Below are positions 29,422 through 38,879 of a stretch of DNA of 64,000 bases, piece by piece (the first letter of the stretch is position 1; each line of letters begins with the position of its first letter). Where the stretch lies: sequence record PQ850617.1; one strand, written 5' to 3'. A model generated the notes under the pieces. It saw only the letters and a program-made list of their open reading frames with translations, made no database searches and was not told the origin of the DNA. Made by a program: the position numbers and the translations under genes. Origin of the DNA: Escherichia phage ManiMatter_Bas94.

Positions 29422-30772
29422 AGATAAACGTTTTAGCGTTGTCACGAGTAGGAAGACCAGCAAGTTTCTGGTTGTGGGAGTGGATATCACCTTCAAGAAG
29501 GATATCACGATACATAATAGCAGAAGCTAAACCACGTTCTGCCAGAGCTTTCTTAGCTGGATTATTCTCTTCGATTGCTTCAGCAAGCATATCCCTACAT
29601 TCTTTAATGAGGTAGTGAGCGAGCATACGAAGTTCAAGTCCAGAACCATCATACCCTAAGAATACTTCTTTACCAGCGGGTATGTAATATTTGTAAGCAC
29701 CTACAGGCTTATCTTTCTTCCCCGGCTTACCTTTCTCGTAAATTACGTTAGTACCTTTTCGTATATAACAACCATCAGGAACAACGTTAGTAATAACGAA
29801 AGGACGAGAGTGATCACTGTCTGAATTATAGTCAGACTCAAACAAACTGCGACACTCATGACCAAACAAACCACGGGAGGGAATATTAACCACGATACGA
29901 TGTTTGAATCGAAAAGTTGGCGTAGCGCAGCTGTTAGCTTCTGCCGAAAGTTTACCATCTTCGCGTTCCTTTGCTATGAGTCCACTGATAAGACCTAGCC
30001 TGTGAGCCGCTACAACGCGCCTCTTAAGCAAACTTCCAACACTCCCTAGCTCGCCCCCTAACCCTTCTTCAAGAGTCTCCTCGAGGTTTGTAGGAGCTGT
30101 AGGCCACTTGTTTGAGGTAGCTAGTGCTATCTTAATCTCATCAAACGTGATAGGTCTACGTCGGTTAGGGTTTAAACCTAAACCAAACACATAAGCCTTC
30201 ATATAGTTCTTAGTCTTAAACCTAAAATGCTTCTCTAAGAACCTCCTAATATCTGCGTCAACCATCTCGGCTGTCTGCTTCTGTTTAGCATTACCTCGAA
30301 TCCAAGCTGAATACCACGCTTGGTATGTTCCATACTTTCGTATATCTTTCTTGATTTCAAAAGTATTCCAAGGTTTCTTTGATACGTTAAACTCTGGAGG
30401 AAGAAAACCCTCATCCATAAGGGCTTCTTTAACTCGTGCATCTTTCGATGGGTCAAAGTCCACGTATTCAACACAGGTGAATGCTCCACCAATGTCTTCT
30501 CTCTTAAGGCCAACTCTATCACAATAGGCTTGAGGCCACTTCTGTAAAGCTCCAGACTTCTTAAATGGCTTCATATAAGTAGAGCCATCTAATCTCATCT
30601 TAGGTAAGAGAGGGATCAGTTCTTTGTCGATATTAACAATAATCTCTTTAAGGAGGTGAACATACCACCGAGCATTTCTTCGGTTGAAACTCACTCCGTG
30701 CTTCGCTTGCTTAGAGATTATATCAGCGACAGTCATCTCTGTCAAAAATGGGAGAGCGTCCGGGTTGCTCAC
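29422..30772 (-). CDS. DNA polymerase (family A, T7 gp5-like), exon 1
   Basis: LGYDGSGLELRMLAH (motif A) and PTRDNAKTFI (start of motif B); no 3'-5' exo domain in this ORF. Confidence 0.8.
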
Positions 30773-30788
30773 TTTATACTCCTTTAAA

Positions 30789-31211
30789 TTATTGGTAAAG
30801 TAAATCTGTAAATGCTTGGTTGTCTTCTACTACATCTAGCAAGGTTGCTTCGTTACTATAAGACCTAACCGTCCCGTTGACAACTGTCCGAGTAGGAGAG
30901 GGAGGTGGTGTATGGTTAGCTCTAGCTTCGCGAGGTTGCTCTCGTACTAAATGAGCCATAGCCATTTGGTTAGCGACTTCTTCTCTTTCTCGAATAGCTC
31001 TCTGAATATAAGCTAGCTTCATGCCCCAAGCTTCTTCAAATTCTTGAGGATGTTTGTCACTGATAACCACATATTGACGTTCAGGGATACCAGAGCGAAT
31101 CTCTGATAAGAGTTCACAGAACAAATCCAGTTCGTGTTCAGTGAGATTCATTTCGATATCATCCCACTTGAGAACTAGGAAACGGTTTTGATATCTAGTC
31201 GGTAATGGCAT
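30789..31211 (-). CDS. Hypothetical protein
   Basis: 140-aa ORF. Confidence 0.4.
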   Translation of the reverse strand: MPLPTRYQNRFLVLKWDDIEMNLTEHELDLFCELLSEIRSGIPERQYVVISDKHPQEFEEAWGMKLAYIQRAIREREEVANQMAMAHLVREQPREARANHTPPPSPTRTVVNGTVRSYSNEATLLDVVEDNQAFTDLLYQ

Positions 31212-31214
31212 AGC

Positions 31215-31469
31215 TTAACCTTTAGGGAATGGGATGAGGTTTTCTACTGCAACACGGAATTCTTTCTCTACATCTTTATTCTTATAAGAAATGAATTTCC
31301 CATCAGCACCACGGAGGATTACGTTAGTGCGAGCTGTTTTTGGGTTATGACTGATTTGGTTTGCAATGAGACTAATGTTGAGTTTAGTGTTGTGGTTATT
31401 GGTGAATTTCCACTTAGCCAGACGATTAGTCATTACATCAATGATAGTTACAGTTTTTACAATAGACAT
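31215..31469 (-). CDS. Hypothetical protein
   Basis: 84-aa ORF. Confidence 0.4.
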   Translation of the reverse strand: MSIVKTVTIIDVMTNRLAKWKFTNNHNTKLNISLIANQISHNPKTARTNVILRGADGKFISYKNKDVEKEFRVAVENLIPFPKG

Positions 31470-31500
31470 AGTTATTACCTAAGAAGTTTAGTTTGGTTTA

Positions 31501-31532
31501 TATAAAAGAAAAGGCCACCCATTTGGGTAGCC
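31501..31532 (-). terminator. Rho-independent terminator (minus strand)
   Basis: RNA hairpin GGCUACCC-AAAU-GGGUGGCC followed by UUUUCUUUUAUA. Confidence 0.6.
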
Positions 31533-31537
31533 TCATA

Positions 31538-31855
31538 TTACGATGAGCTTAAAGCTCCTTTGCGTGCTCCAGCTGCCTTCCCAGTTCGATCTCCACTTTT
31601 GCCGCCAGCTGAACGATTTCCGCTGACTGTTTCAACACGTAAGTTGCTTGACGCATTAGAGCCTCCTGACTTGATAGCTCGTTTGTGTCCAACGTCTTTA
31701 CCTCTGACAGCAGCTTTTCCATCGCGCTTTTCAACGATGCGACGTGCACGGTGGCGCTGAGCATCTCCGCTCTTGCTACCAATTCCCGTTTCACCCCTTG
31801 CGATGGCGGTACGTCTTTCTTGTGCATAATCTCTCTTTCCTACATGGTCTGCCAT
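31538..31855 (-). CDS. Basic Gly-rich protein (105 aa)
   Basis: Perfect SD AAGGAG 8 nt upstream; preferred over overlapping 31549-31827 frame. Confidence 0.45.
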   Translation of the reverse strand: MADHVGKRDYAQERRTAIARGETGIGSKSGDAQRHRARRIVEKRDGKAAVRGKDVGHKRAIKSGGSNASSNLRVETVSGNRSAGGKSGDRTGKAAGARKGALSSS

Positions 31856-31891
31856 TTAGAACTCCTTAATATATCAGTGTACACTAAGGAG

Positions 31892-31900
31892 TATACATTA
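31892..31900 (-). promoter_or_regulatory. TAATGTATA promoter-like element
   Basis: Minus-orientation exact 9-mer ~37 nt upstream of ATG 31855. Confidence 0.4.
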
Positions 31901-32090
31901 TGAATGATGTTAAAACTCTGCTAAGTATTTAATATCAGAGGCATATACCTCATCAAAGGAAATAATTTCTCCATTGTAAAGAAGTTCTATCTTCAATATA
32001 CCAGAGCATTTGGTGTCTTTAGAATCAACCCTGATAGAGAGCTTATCAACTATCTAAGCTTTAATCTCTTCTATCATTAACTCTTGAGTG

Positions 32091-32276
32091 TTATTCACTC
32101 CACCCTCCCGGTGGTACAAAATCATCAGGAACGTCAATGATAGTAGGTTCTCCATTATTCATGCAGGTGTCTTCATTGAACTCTTCACACTCAAAGCATG
32201 CTCGTTCGATATTTTTGTAGAAGTCGATGGTTGCTGAACCATCACCACAATCTCGGATAACTAGAGCTACTTTCAT
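32091..32276 (-). CDS. Hypothetical Cys-rich protein
   Basis: 61-aa ORF. Confidence 0.35.
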   Translation of the reverse strand: MKVALVIRDCGDGSATIDFYKNIERACFECEEFNEDTCMNNGEPTIIDVPDDFVPPGGWSE

Positions 32277-33016
32277 TTCTCTTGTCCTTTTTCCATTGCT
32301 TTAACAATAGCTTTACAGAAACCAGAACGAACAATGTCATCTGATTCACCATCTACAATCTCAGCGAACTCATACAGATCATGTTCATCAATAAAGTTAG
32401 TAGCCCAAGTAAGACCACTCTCACGACCACGCATGTCATGCTGGTTAGTATCACCCATGCAGAACAGTTGAGAGGTTTCTCCCAATCGAGTCATGATTGA
32501 GAAGGCTTCATCTTTAGTGGTGTTCTGGAATTCATCAACAATAACAACAGCATCATTGAAAGAACGACCACGGAGATATTCCAGAGGTACAAATTCAATG
32601 TTCCCATTACCAAGCTGGCATTCATAAAAACCCTTACCGTATCGCTGAGTGATTACGTCAACAATAGGCATCAGATATGGTTCGAACTTATCACGAAGCC
32701 CACCCGGAAGTAATCCGAGAGAATTACCCATGCCAACAGAAGGTCGGCTAATGATAATCTTTTGAATCTTACCACTCTTCAGTGCATCAATGACAGTAGA
32801 GGTGATGACGAACGTCTTACCACAGCCCGCAGGAGCGTCTGTGAACACCACTTGTTTAGTCTTGATAGCATTGAGTAGCTCAGATTGAAACTGATTCTGA
32901 GGGACCACTGGCTTCGCTAAAACAACCTCTTCATACTCACGCTTACCTTTCTTAGTGACCAAGGCTTCACGACGTAAATCTTTACGAGATTCTCTACGGG
33001 ACTGTCTACGGCTCAT
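32273..33016 (-). CDS. phoH: PhoH-like ATPase
   Basis: Walker A DAPAGCGKT; ISRP...LGLLPG...GDTNQHD pattern of PhoH family. Confidence 0.75.
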   Translation of the reverse strand: MSRRQSRRESRKDLRREALVTKKGKREYEEVVLAKPVVPQNQFQSELLNAIKTKQVVFTDAPAGCGKTFVITSTVIDALKSGKIQKIIISRPSVGMGNSLGLLPGGLRDKFEPYLMPIVDVITQRYGKGFYECQLGNGNIEFVPLEYLRGRSFNDAVVIVDEFQNTTKDEAFSIMTRLGETSQLFCMGDTNQHDMRGRESGLTWATNFIDEHDLYEFAEIVDGESDDIVRSGFCKAIVKAMEKGQEK

Positions 33017-33198
33017 TTGCGCTCTCCTAGCTCTTCGTAATTAAATACAGAGGTTCGACAATCTTTACATGTTGTTGTATAGACTCGAACATTAATGTAC
33101 TTCTTGTTCTTCCCTTTGGTGGGTGAGCCTTTAGCAAGCTCACTGATAACTTTAGAACTTAAGTTTAGGTTTGTGCCTTCGCATTTAGAGCACTTCAC
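33013..33198 (-). CDS. Zinc-ribbon protein
   Basis: CSKCEG...CKDC pairs. Confidence 0.4.
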   Translation of the reverse strand: MKCSKCEGTNLNLSSKVISELAKGSPTKGKNKKYINVRVYTTTCKDCRTSVFNYEELGERK

Positions 33199-33419
33199 TC
33201 AGGCTCACCAACAGTAACTTCCCATACAACTTGAGAGATGATATTGTTGATCTGTTTGATTTGCTCGTAAGTCAGTTGCATACCTTTCATCTTCCGAGAG
33301 GCATTGCTTCGTGCTCTTCGCTGACGATAGAAGTTATTCTTTTTAGTAGAGTGTAATCTACTCATTTCACAAGCTCCACTTCTTCAATACTGTACCCTTC
33401 AAAATACTCACCATCTTGA

Positions 33420-33776
33420 TCATACTGGTTGATTGCTCTTGTTAGTACCCACACTTTCATTATTCTTCTCTTTATGAAGTCTATAAACAGCTGTCGCCAT
33501 GCAAGCAACAGCTTCATTGTGTGGGAGATGCATCCCTGTAGAACCATCCCAATCTTTGAACTCATTGTCAAAGACTCCGGTAGGCTCTGGATACAGAGCT
33601 TGCAGCTCAACCAAATCATTAGCAACTTGTTGCCATTTATCATCAGACCAGATAGGGTCATCCAACCAGTAATACAAATAGGAATGGATGATTAATTGCC
33701 TTCTGTGCCGATTAATTACTTCAGCGGGACTTATCTCACTTCCATTTGAAGTCCTAAATGTATTACTGTCAATCAT
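33420..33776 (-). CDS. Hypothetical protein
   Basis: 118-aa ORF. Confidence 0.4.
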   Translation of the reverse strand: MIDSNTFRTSNGSEISPAEVINRHRRQLIIHSYLYYWLDDPIWSDDKWQQVANDLVELQALYPEPTGVFDNEFKDWDGSTGMHLPHNEAVACMATAVYRLHKEKNNESVGTNKSNQPV

Positions 33777-33778
33777 GA

Positions 33779-34435
33779 TTAATTATTCCAAGTAGTTGAT
33801 AAGGCTTTCCAAGAGATAGGATAAAGTTTCTTCATTTCTTCATCAATAGTTTGTGCAAACAGTCGGACCTCATACTGAGCGTGCTCTGACAGACGTTGAC
33901 GGCACACATCTGACCAGCCATATAGAGAGCCAGTCCACACCCACTCAGTGATCATCCCCTGAGGAAGAACAAATCGAGCTTGCTCTGGTGCAACAAATTC
34001 AATCAACTTATCATATGCTGCTAGAGAGGATTCATATGCATCGTTAATCAGCATTAATGCTTCAGCTCGTTCTCCATCGATGAGTTGAACCCCTGAACCT
34101 GCATGGAGGTCCGAAGGTCTCGCAAAAATCTCTTTAGGGATGAAGACTTCAACTGCTCCATCTTTATACCGACGGGACATTTCGTTCCACGAGAATCCAA
34201 CCTGATGCTTGCCCAGCTGTCTCGCAATTGCGATAGGTGCTTTGCATCGGAAACTGACTTGTGGGTGTCGGAATGGAGTAACATGCTTTTCTCTTGCGAG
34301 GAAGTTGATGAGACGTTCATCACGTTCATTTAAATCACCTTCACGGGTTACGCCAAAGGAAACTCGAGCTGCGTTTACTACGCTACGATCGCTTCCCATA
34401 GCTTCGATTAATGTTGCTTGTAGTTGTTCATTCAT
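33779..34435 (-). CDS. thyX: ThyX-like protein (flavin-dependent thymidylate synthase family), variant signature
   Basis: AARVSF...HVTPFRH...KHQVGFSWNEMSRRY resembles the ThyX RHR-x7-S...RY motif but with KHQ in place of RHR. Confidence 0.6.
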   Translation of the reverse strand: MNEQLQATLIEAMGSDRSVVNAARVSFGVTREGDLNERDERLINFLAREKHVTPFRHPQVSFRCKAPIAIARQLGKHQVGFSWNEMSRRYKDGAVEVFIPKEIFARPSDLHAGSGVQLIDGERAEALMLINDAYESSLAAYDKLIEFVAPEQARFVLPQGMITEWVWTGSLYGWSDVCRQRLSEHAQYEVRLFAQTIDEEMKKLYPISWKALSTTWNN

Positions 34436-34450
34436 CCGTGAATATCCTTA

Positions 34451-34726
34451 TTATTTATTGCTCAGTGCTGTGTCCAAAAATGCTTTCAGGTTTGCTTCAG
34501 TCTGCATACCAGAGAGGCTGTAATGTGCGCCACTATTCCGGTCAGGCACAACGAAAGCAGGAATGCTTCGTACACCATACTTAACAGCTTGTTCACGACC
34601 GTCACCCTCAAGGATATTAATCTCTTCCACTTCTACATCGAACTCCTTAACAACCTTCTCAAAGATAGGAGCCATTGCTTTACATGGAGCACACTGATCA
34701 CTATAAAACTTAATTACTTTAGACAT
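34451..34726 (-). CDS. Thioredoxin
   Basis: FYSDQCAPCKAMAP active site (CxxC, here CAPC), ~90 aa thioredoxin-size. Confidence 0.8.
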   Translation of the reverse strand: MSKVIKFYSDQCAPCKAMAPIFEKVVKEFDVEVEEINILEGDGREQAVKYGVRSIPAFVVPDRNSGAHYSLSGMQTEANLKAFLDTALSNK

Positions 34727-34735
34727 GTAAATCCT

Positions 34736-34914
34736 TATGCAGTCAGGAGGTGAAGCAGGAATGGGATAACAACAGCTACGACAACCATGATAGTTGATGC
34801 TGTTTGAATCTCACCTTTCTTGTCAGGGGTTTCTTCGATAAGCTTACCAGAAGCCCAATAGATACCACCACCAATAAAGATAGCCCAAATACCCCATACG
34901 ATAGCTGATAACAT
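34736..34914 (-). CDS. Small two-TM membrane protein (59 aa)
   Basis: ORF below track threshold: MLSAIVWGIWAIFIGGGIYWASGKL... Confidence 0.35.
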
Positions 34915-34972
34915 ATATCTATATCCTTATAAAGAGAAAACCCCGTCTATTCCTAGACAGGGCTTGAGTTTT

Positions 34973-35536
34973 TTAGTAAGACACATCACCACTTGAGTGG
35001 GACATGTTGCTCTTGACAAAGTAGCAATACTTGCCAAGACCTTCATTAATTTCTTGAAGCATACTTTGATCGACTGGATAAGTGGCTAAATCGCCATCAA
35101 ACTCATCCATCTTCTCAATAATACACAACAAGGTCATGCACATATCAGAGAGCATACCGTCCATGTCTAGATCAGCGTTACCCTCTGAGAACCAAGCATG
35201 AGAGAGGTAGTTAGCTGCTGTAGCATCCACTTTAACACAGTGGTAACGCATACGTTCAGCAATACGATCTCCTACTTGTCGTGCGTAATCTTCCAGCTCG
35301 TCAAACATACCATGAACACCCTGAAATCCTGCACCAGAGACGTTCCAGTGGTAGTTTTTAGCTTTGATGTGCAAGAGTTCCATATTAGCTTGTAAGCAGC
35401 TCAGGATGTGTTCTAGGCTGTTTCCACTAATCATACCCTGCATCGTTTCAAGGCGAGAGATTGATAGGTCGGACCGGTCTAACATGCTATAACTGTCACG
35501 ACCAATATCAGGTAAATCAAAGACATTCTTATGCAT
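34973..35536 (-). CDS. Dps/ferritin-like protein
   Basis: KNYHWNVSGAGFQGVHGMFDELEDYARQVGDRIAERM matches the Dps signature. Confidence 0.55.
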   Translation of the reverse strand: MHKNVFDLPDIGRDSYSMLDRSDLSISRLETMQGMISGNSLEHILSCLQANMELLHIKAKNYHWNVSGAGFQGVHGMFDELEDYARQVGDRIAERMRYHCVKVDATAANYLSHAWFSEGNADLDMDGMLSDMCMTLLCIIEKMDEFDGDLATYPVDQSMLQEINEGLGKYCYFVKSNMSHSSGDVSY

Positions 35537-36023
35537 TATATTCCCTCCAAGTTTGATTAAGTAGAACTTTTGATATCACTTGCTGAGAGACACCAAAACG
35601 TCTTGCAAGGGCAGAGCCTCCAAACTCTTTATCTCGAGGAATATAAACTCTCCTACAGTACTCTACATCTTTTAGAGTAAGTTTAGACTGCGGATTGTCT
35701 TCTCCAAACCTCTGTACCATCAAACCTAGTGATGATGCATGTTGAGAGTTTTCTCGGTGGGTACACCATTCAAGATTATCTTTATGATTATTAAGTTTAT
35801 TGCCATCCTTATGGTTGACACACGGAAGATTATCAGGGTTCGGTATGTATTTACTAGCAACCAACCTGTGGACATAGAAATTTTTTAATCCGTCAGGAAA
35901 GTAAATAGTAACTCTATAATAGGCACCATTAGTGCGGAGGGTTAAAAACCTCCCACTCTTTACAGTAAATACTCTACCATCTTCTGTTACATCAATCTTC
36001 CCTTCCAATTCCTTTGGAATCAC
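35529..36023 (-). CDS. Free-standing HNH homing endonuclease
   Basis: CVNHKDGNKLNNHKDNLEWCTHRENSQH motif plus C-terminal HTH-like region. Confidence 0.7.
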   Translation of the reverse strand: MIPKELEGKIDVTEDGRVFTVKSGRFLTLRTNGAYYRVTIYFPDGLKNFYVHRLVASKYIPNPDNLPCVNHKDGNKLNNHKDNLEWCTHRENSQHASSLGLMVQRFGEDNPQSKLTLKDVEYCRRVYIPRDKEFGGSALARRFGVSQQVISKVLLNQTWREYNA

Positions 36024-36346
36024 TTAGGGTCTTCTCCTTCTAACTCAGTAGAGTTTGCTACATTTCTTTCTAGATTACTTAGGATCTGCTGGGTAATTAC
36101 GATGCAGTTCTGTGGGTCTACTGACTTAGAACGCCCCATTTCTGGGTCATACACCTTAACACGCTTAGCAGTTGAACCTGTAACCTGAAGAACCTTCAAC
36201 AGATATCCCTGATTACCGATAGACCAAGCAACAACATCACGATTCTTGATAAAGCGACCAAGCATATCACGATGATAAAACTGTTGCATCACCTTGGATT
36301 TTGTAATCTCTTCAGTGGGCGGGGCCACTTTACTCAAATCTAACAT
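36020..36346 (-). CDS. Hypothetical protein
   Basis: 108-aa ORF. Confidence 0.4.
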   Translation of the reverse strand: MLDLSKVAPPTEEITKSKVMQQFYHRDMLGRFIKNRDVVAWSIGNQGYLLKVLQVTGSTAKRVKVYDPEMGRSKSVDPQNCIVITQQILSNLERNVANSTELEGEDPK

Positions 36347-36385
36347 AACTCTCTCCTGTAAAATACAAACTCTTATTGTACTCTA

Positions 36386-36393
36386 TATACATT
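36386..36393 (-). promoter_or_regulatory. AATGTATA promoter-like element
   Basis: Minus-orientation AAATGTATATAG ~40 nt upstream of ATG 36346. Confidence 0.4.
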
Positions 36394-36418
36394 TGAGAGT
36401 TACCATATCTACTACCAA

Positions 36419-36628
36419 TCAGTAGTGAACTTTTCCGCTAATATAAACACGACCAGAGGAATACTCTTTGGCCTTATGGATACTGATACTCTTAGTTAAA
36501 TCTGTATTGAACATAGACTTTTTAAAATCTCGAGCCTGTTGACGAGTAGGAAGTGCAGTCATGGTCATACCACCTGATGCCCACTTAATCTTTGCTAACC
36601 AAAACTGTCTCATAGCGATTGGTCTCAT
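36419..36628 (-). CDS. Hypothetical protein
   Basis: 69-aa ORF. Confidence 0.35.
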   Translation of the reverse strand: MRPIAMRQFWLAKIKWASGGMTMTALPTRQQARDFKKSMFNTDLTKSISIHKAKEYSSGRVYISGKVHY

Positions 36629-36825
36629 TAATAGTAAACCTTGCTGTTGGCAAAAAGAGCACCTTCGTTATTCACAATAGCTTTCCCTATTGTAACCTTA
36701 TTGAGTCTAAAAGTAGACTTGTATTGGTTTTTGACCCTACGAGCGTGCTCTCGAGTGTCAATAAAATCTACAGCTACCAAGTCTCCAGTCGTGTTATCGT
36801 GTACACGAACAATCCATTTTTTCAT
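36628..36825 (-). CDS. Hypothetical protein
   Basis: 65-aa ORF. Confidence 0.35.
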   Translation of the reverse strand: MKKWIVRVHDNTTGDLVAVDFIDTREHARRVKNQYKSTFRLNKVTIGKAIVNNEGALFANSKVYY

Positions 36826-36839
36826 TGTTCCAAACTCCG

Positions 36840-37040
36840 CTATCTGTCAACCGATTCAGGGACAAACTGCATTACACAGACCTGATTACGAGGAAGGTTT
36901 ATTTCACAAGCAGCTTTTCTATCAGCAACCTTAGATGACGAGTTAGGGCCAATTTGAGCCATCATTAATCCCATAGCGAACATGCCGAGGCTTACACCAA
37001 TTACTAAAGATGCTATAATTTCTTGTTTCATTTTGATCAT
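36840..37040 (-). CDS. Small membrane protein
   Basis: 66 aa, central hydrophobic segment. Confidence 0.35.
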   Translation of the reverse strand: MIKMKQEIIASLVIGVSLGMFAMGLMMAQIGPNSSSKVADRKAACEINLPRNQVCVMQFVPESVDR

Positions 37041-37570
37041 ACCCCTTTAGATGCAACTACACCATTACTGCCGTTATAACGACCCTTCACCGCATAGGAA
37101 TCATCACCAGCGTGAGAGTGCTCAAACATAACCATCTGACCAACACGCATACCAGCACGAACTCGTAAGCTATGATGCTTGGTTACGTTATGGAACTCAA
37201 ATGTCAGCTTACTACTGTTAAACCCTGCGTCTGCCCATCCGGCGTGGAGGTGGTTCAAACCACAACGAGCCATAGATGAACGCAGGACAAACAGGCTTGA
37301 AATGTTATCTGGAAGGTTAAACTCCTCCATAGAGTGAGCCAAGAAGAACTGACCCGGAGTGATAACCAAACCCTCTTCAGGAATTTTTACTTCCTTCCAC
37401 TGAAGATTCTCTTTCGCATCAATATCAACGATGCCATCAGCCTGTTCTTCAACAAGGATAGTATCACCAATACGGATATCCACACTAGCAGCGTTAACAT
37501 ACTTATGCTCCGCATCCAGATAGCCATTGTCAATTACATCATGCAGTTCAATACTTCCTAGTAAACTCAT
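37037..37570 (-). CDS. dcd: dCTP deaminase
   Basis: VDIRIGD, LRSSMARCGL, AGWADAGF and C-terminal GVVASKGV match the Dcd family. Confidence 0.8.
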   Translation of the reverse strand: MSLLGSIELHDVIDNGYLDAEHKYVNAASVDIRIGDTILVEEQADGIVDIDAKENLQWKEVKIPEEGLVITPGQFFLAHSMEEFNLPDNISSLFVLRSSMARCGLNHLHAGWADAGFNSSKLTFEFHNVTKHHSLRVRAGMRVGQMVMFEHSHAGDDSYAVKGRYNGSNGVVASKGV

Positions 37571-37579
37571 TCTTATTCC

Positions 37580-38878
37580 TTAGTTATTTGTTTCTATGTC
37601 AAAAGAGAATCCACGACCCGCTTCATCGGCAAACCGAACTGTATGGGTTTGAGGCTCTAATACTTCAGGGTTGTTAGCAATAAAGCGATCAGCGAGACTA
37701 CGACTGACAGTCTCAGCTAACTCTCCATGAGAAGGGATATCAAGATCACCAGCAGCAAAACCCTGACCAGAGAACTGACGTGCGCTAACAGTTAAACCAT
37801 TTGGTCGACCATTAGAACGTCTAGACAACCACTGCTCAAATGAATCACTAGTAACACCAAGAGCCTCTTCAAAAGATGTTCTACGAGTAGGGCTTACTCT
37901 TCGTGACTCTTGTGCTCGACGCATTGCAGGGGCTACAAACACCCCTTCAATTGCATTGTGTCGGTTAGGTTCGTCTTCTCGACCAAGCAGATCACCGCCT
38001 GTGTTAGTCGTTAAGTTTGTTAACCCTTCAGACCAATACGCACGAATCTGGCTAGAGCCATAAATGCTTGACATTAACTGAATCTCTTCATAAGGTATAT
38101 CAAAGAATCGACTCATATCTCGGTTAACACAATACTGAGCACTTGTTGTATCCTCAATAAGAGCAACCTGACCCCGTTCGTTGACCAGATGACTAACCGG
38201 CTGAGGTGTGGGAAGGTGTCGAGTTTGGGCCATGTATTGATATGCAGCTGCTGGAGAGGAAAATCTCAACACTTGCGAGTTAGGCCACTTCTTGTGAACA
38301 TACCTGATTTCACGACTAGAAACAACCACTGGACAAGGGGCGGTCATAGCCAAGTATCCATGAGGGGTCATGAATAAGTTATCAAGAGTCATCGCACCAC
38401 GGCACATCATAGGAAAATTATCCAATACCTCTTCAATAGAAGTAGGATAATTAAACATGAATTGGATACGAACACCATTCCACTGAAACTCAATAATATC
38501 AGTGAATGTTAATTGAGAACCCCCAGCATATGGCTCATCTGTAGCTTCAACAAGAAGAGATGAATACTCAATATCTTGTGATTCAAGCCATTCCTTCACA
38601 TTGCTTTCAATCTCCCGTCCAAGCATTTGCCACTGCTCGGCTGGGATAAAGGTATTTCGAGTTCTTGGTGTTTGTCCTCTGACAATAAAGATATCAATGT
38701 CATGTGGAGCTATGTTATTAAGAACAGCATCACGAATAGCTCCACCAGTAATGATAGGGCAAATACCATCTGGAATCAAGTTGTTGTTAATCAACTGTTC
38801 AATGAAGTGACGACCAACAGTGATATCAGGTTGTTGAGCAACCTTATCTTCAATTCGGTTAATCGGGATAACAATCAT
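37580..38878 (-). CDS. Nucleotidyltransferase with CCA-adding/poly(A) polymerase-type head, Ser/Arg-rich C-terminus
   Basis: PIITGGAIRDAVLNNIAPHDIDIFIV (GGxxRD...DxD); likely start at Met 38878 just after exo stop. Confidence 0.5.
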   Translation of the reverse strand: MIVIPINRIEDKVAQQPDITVGRHFIEQLINNNLIPDGICPIITGGAIRDAVLNNIAPHDIDIFIVRGQTPRTRNTFIPAEQWQMLGREIESNVKEWLESQDIEYSSLLVEATDEPYAGGSQLTFTDIIEFQWNGVRIQFMFNYPTSIEEVLDNFPMMCRGAMTLDNLFMTPHGYLAMTAPCPVVVSSREIRYVHKKWPNSQVLRFSSPAAAYQYMAQTRHLPTPQPVSHLVNERGQVALIEDTTSAQYCVNRDMSRFFDIPYEEIQLMSSIYGSSQIRAYWSEGLTNLTTNTGGDLLGREDEPNRHNAIEGVFVAPAMRRAQESRRVSPTRRTSFEEALGVTSDSFEQWLSRRSNGRPNGLTVSARQFSGQGFAAGDLDIPSHGELAETVSRSLADRFIANNPEVLEPQTHTVRFADEAGRGFSFDIETNN

Positions 38879-38879
38879 T

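Noticed and set aside
31549-31827. Alternative 92-aa frame overlapping the 105-aa basic protein
   Set aside because: The 105-aa frame has a perfect AAGGAG SD at ideal spacing; the 92-aa frame has none.
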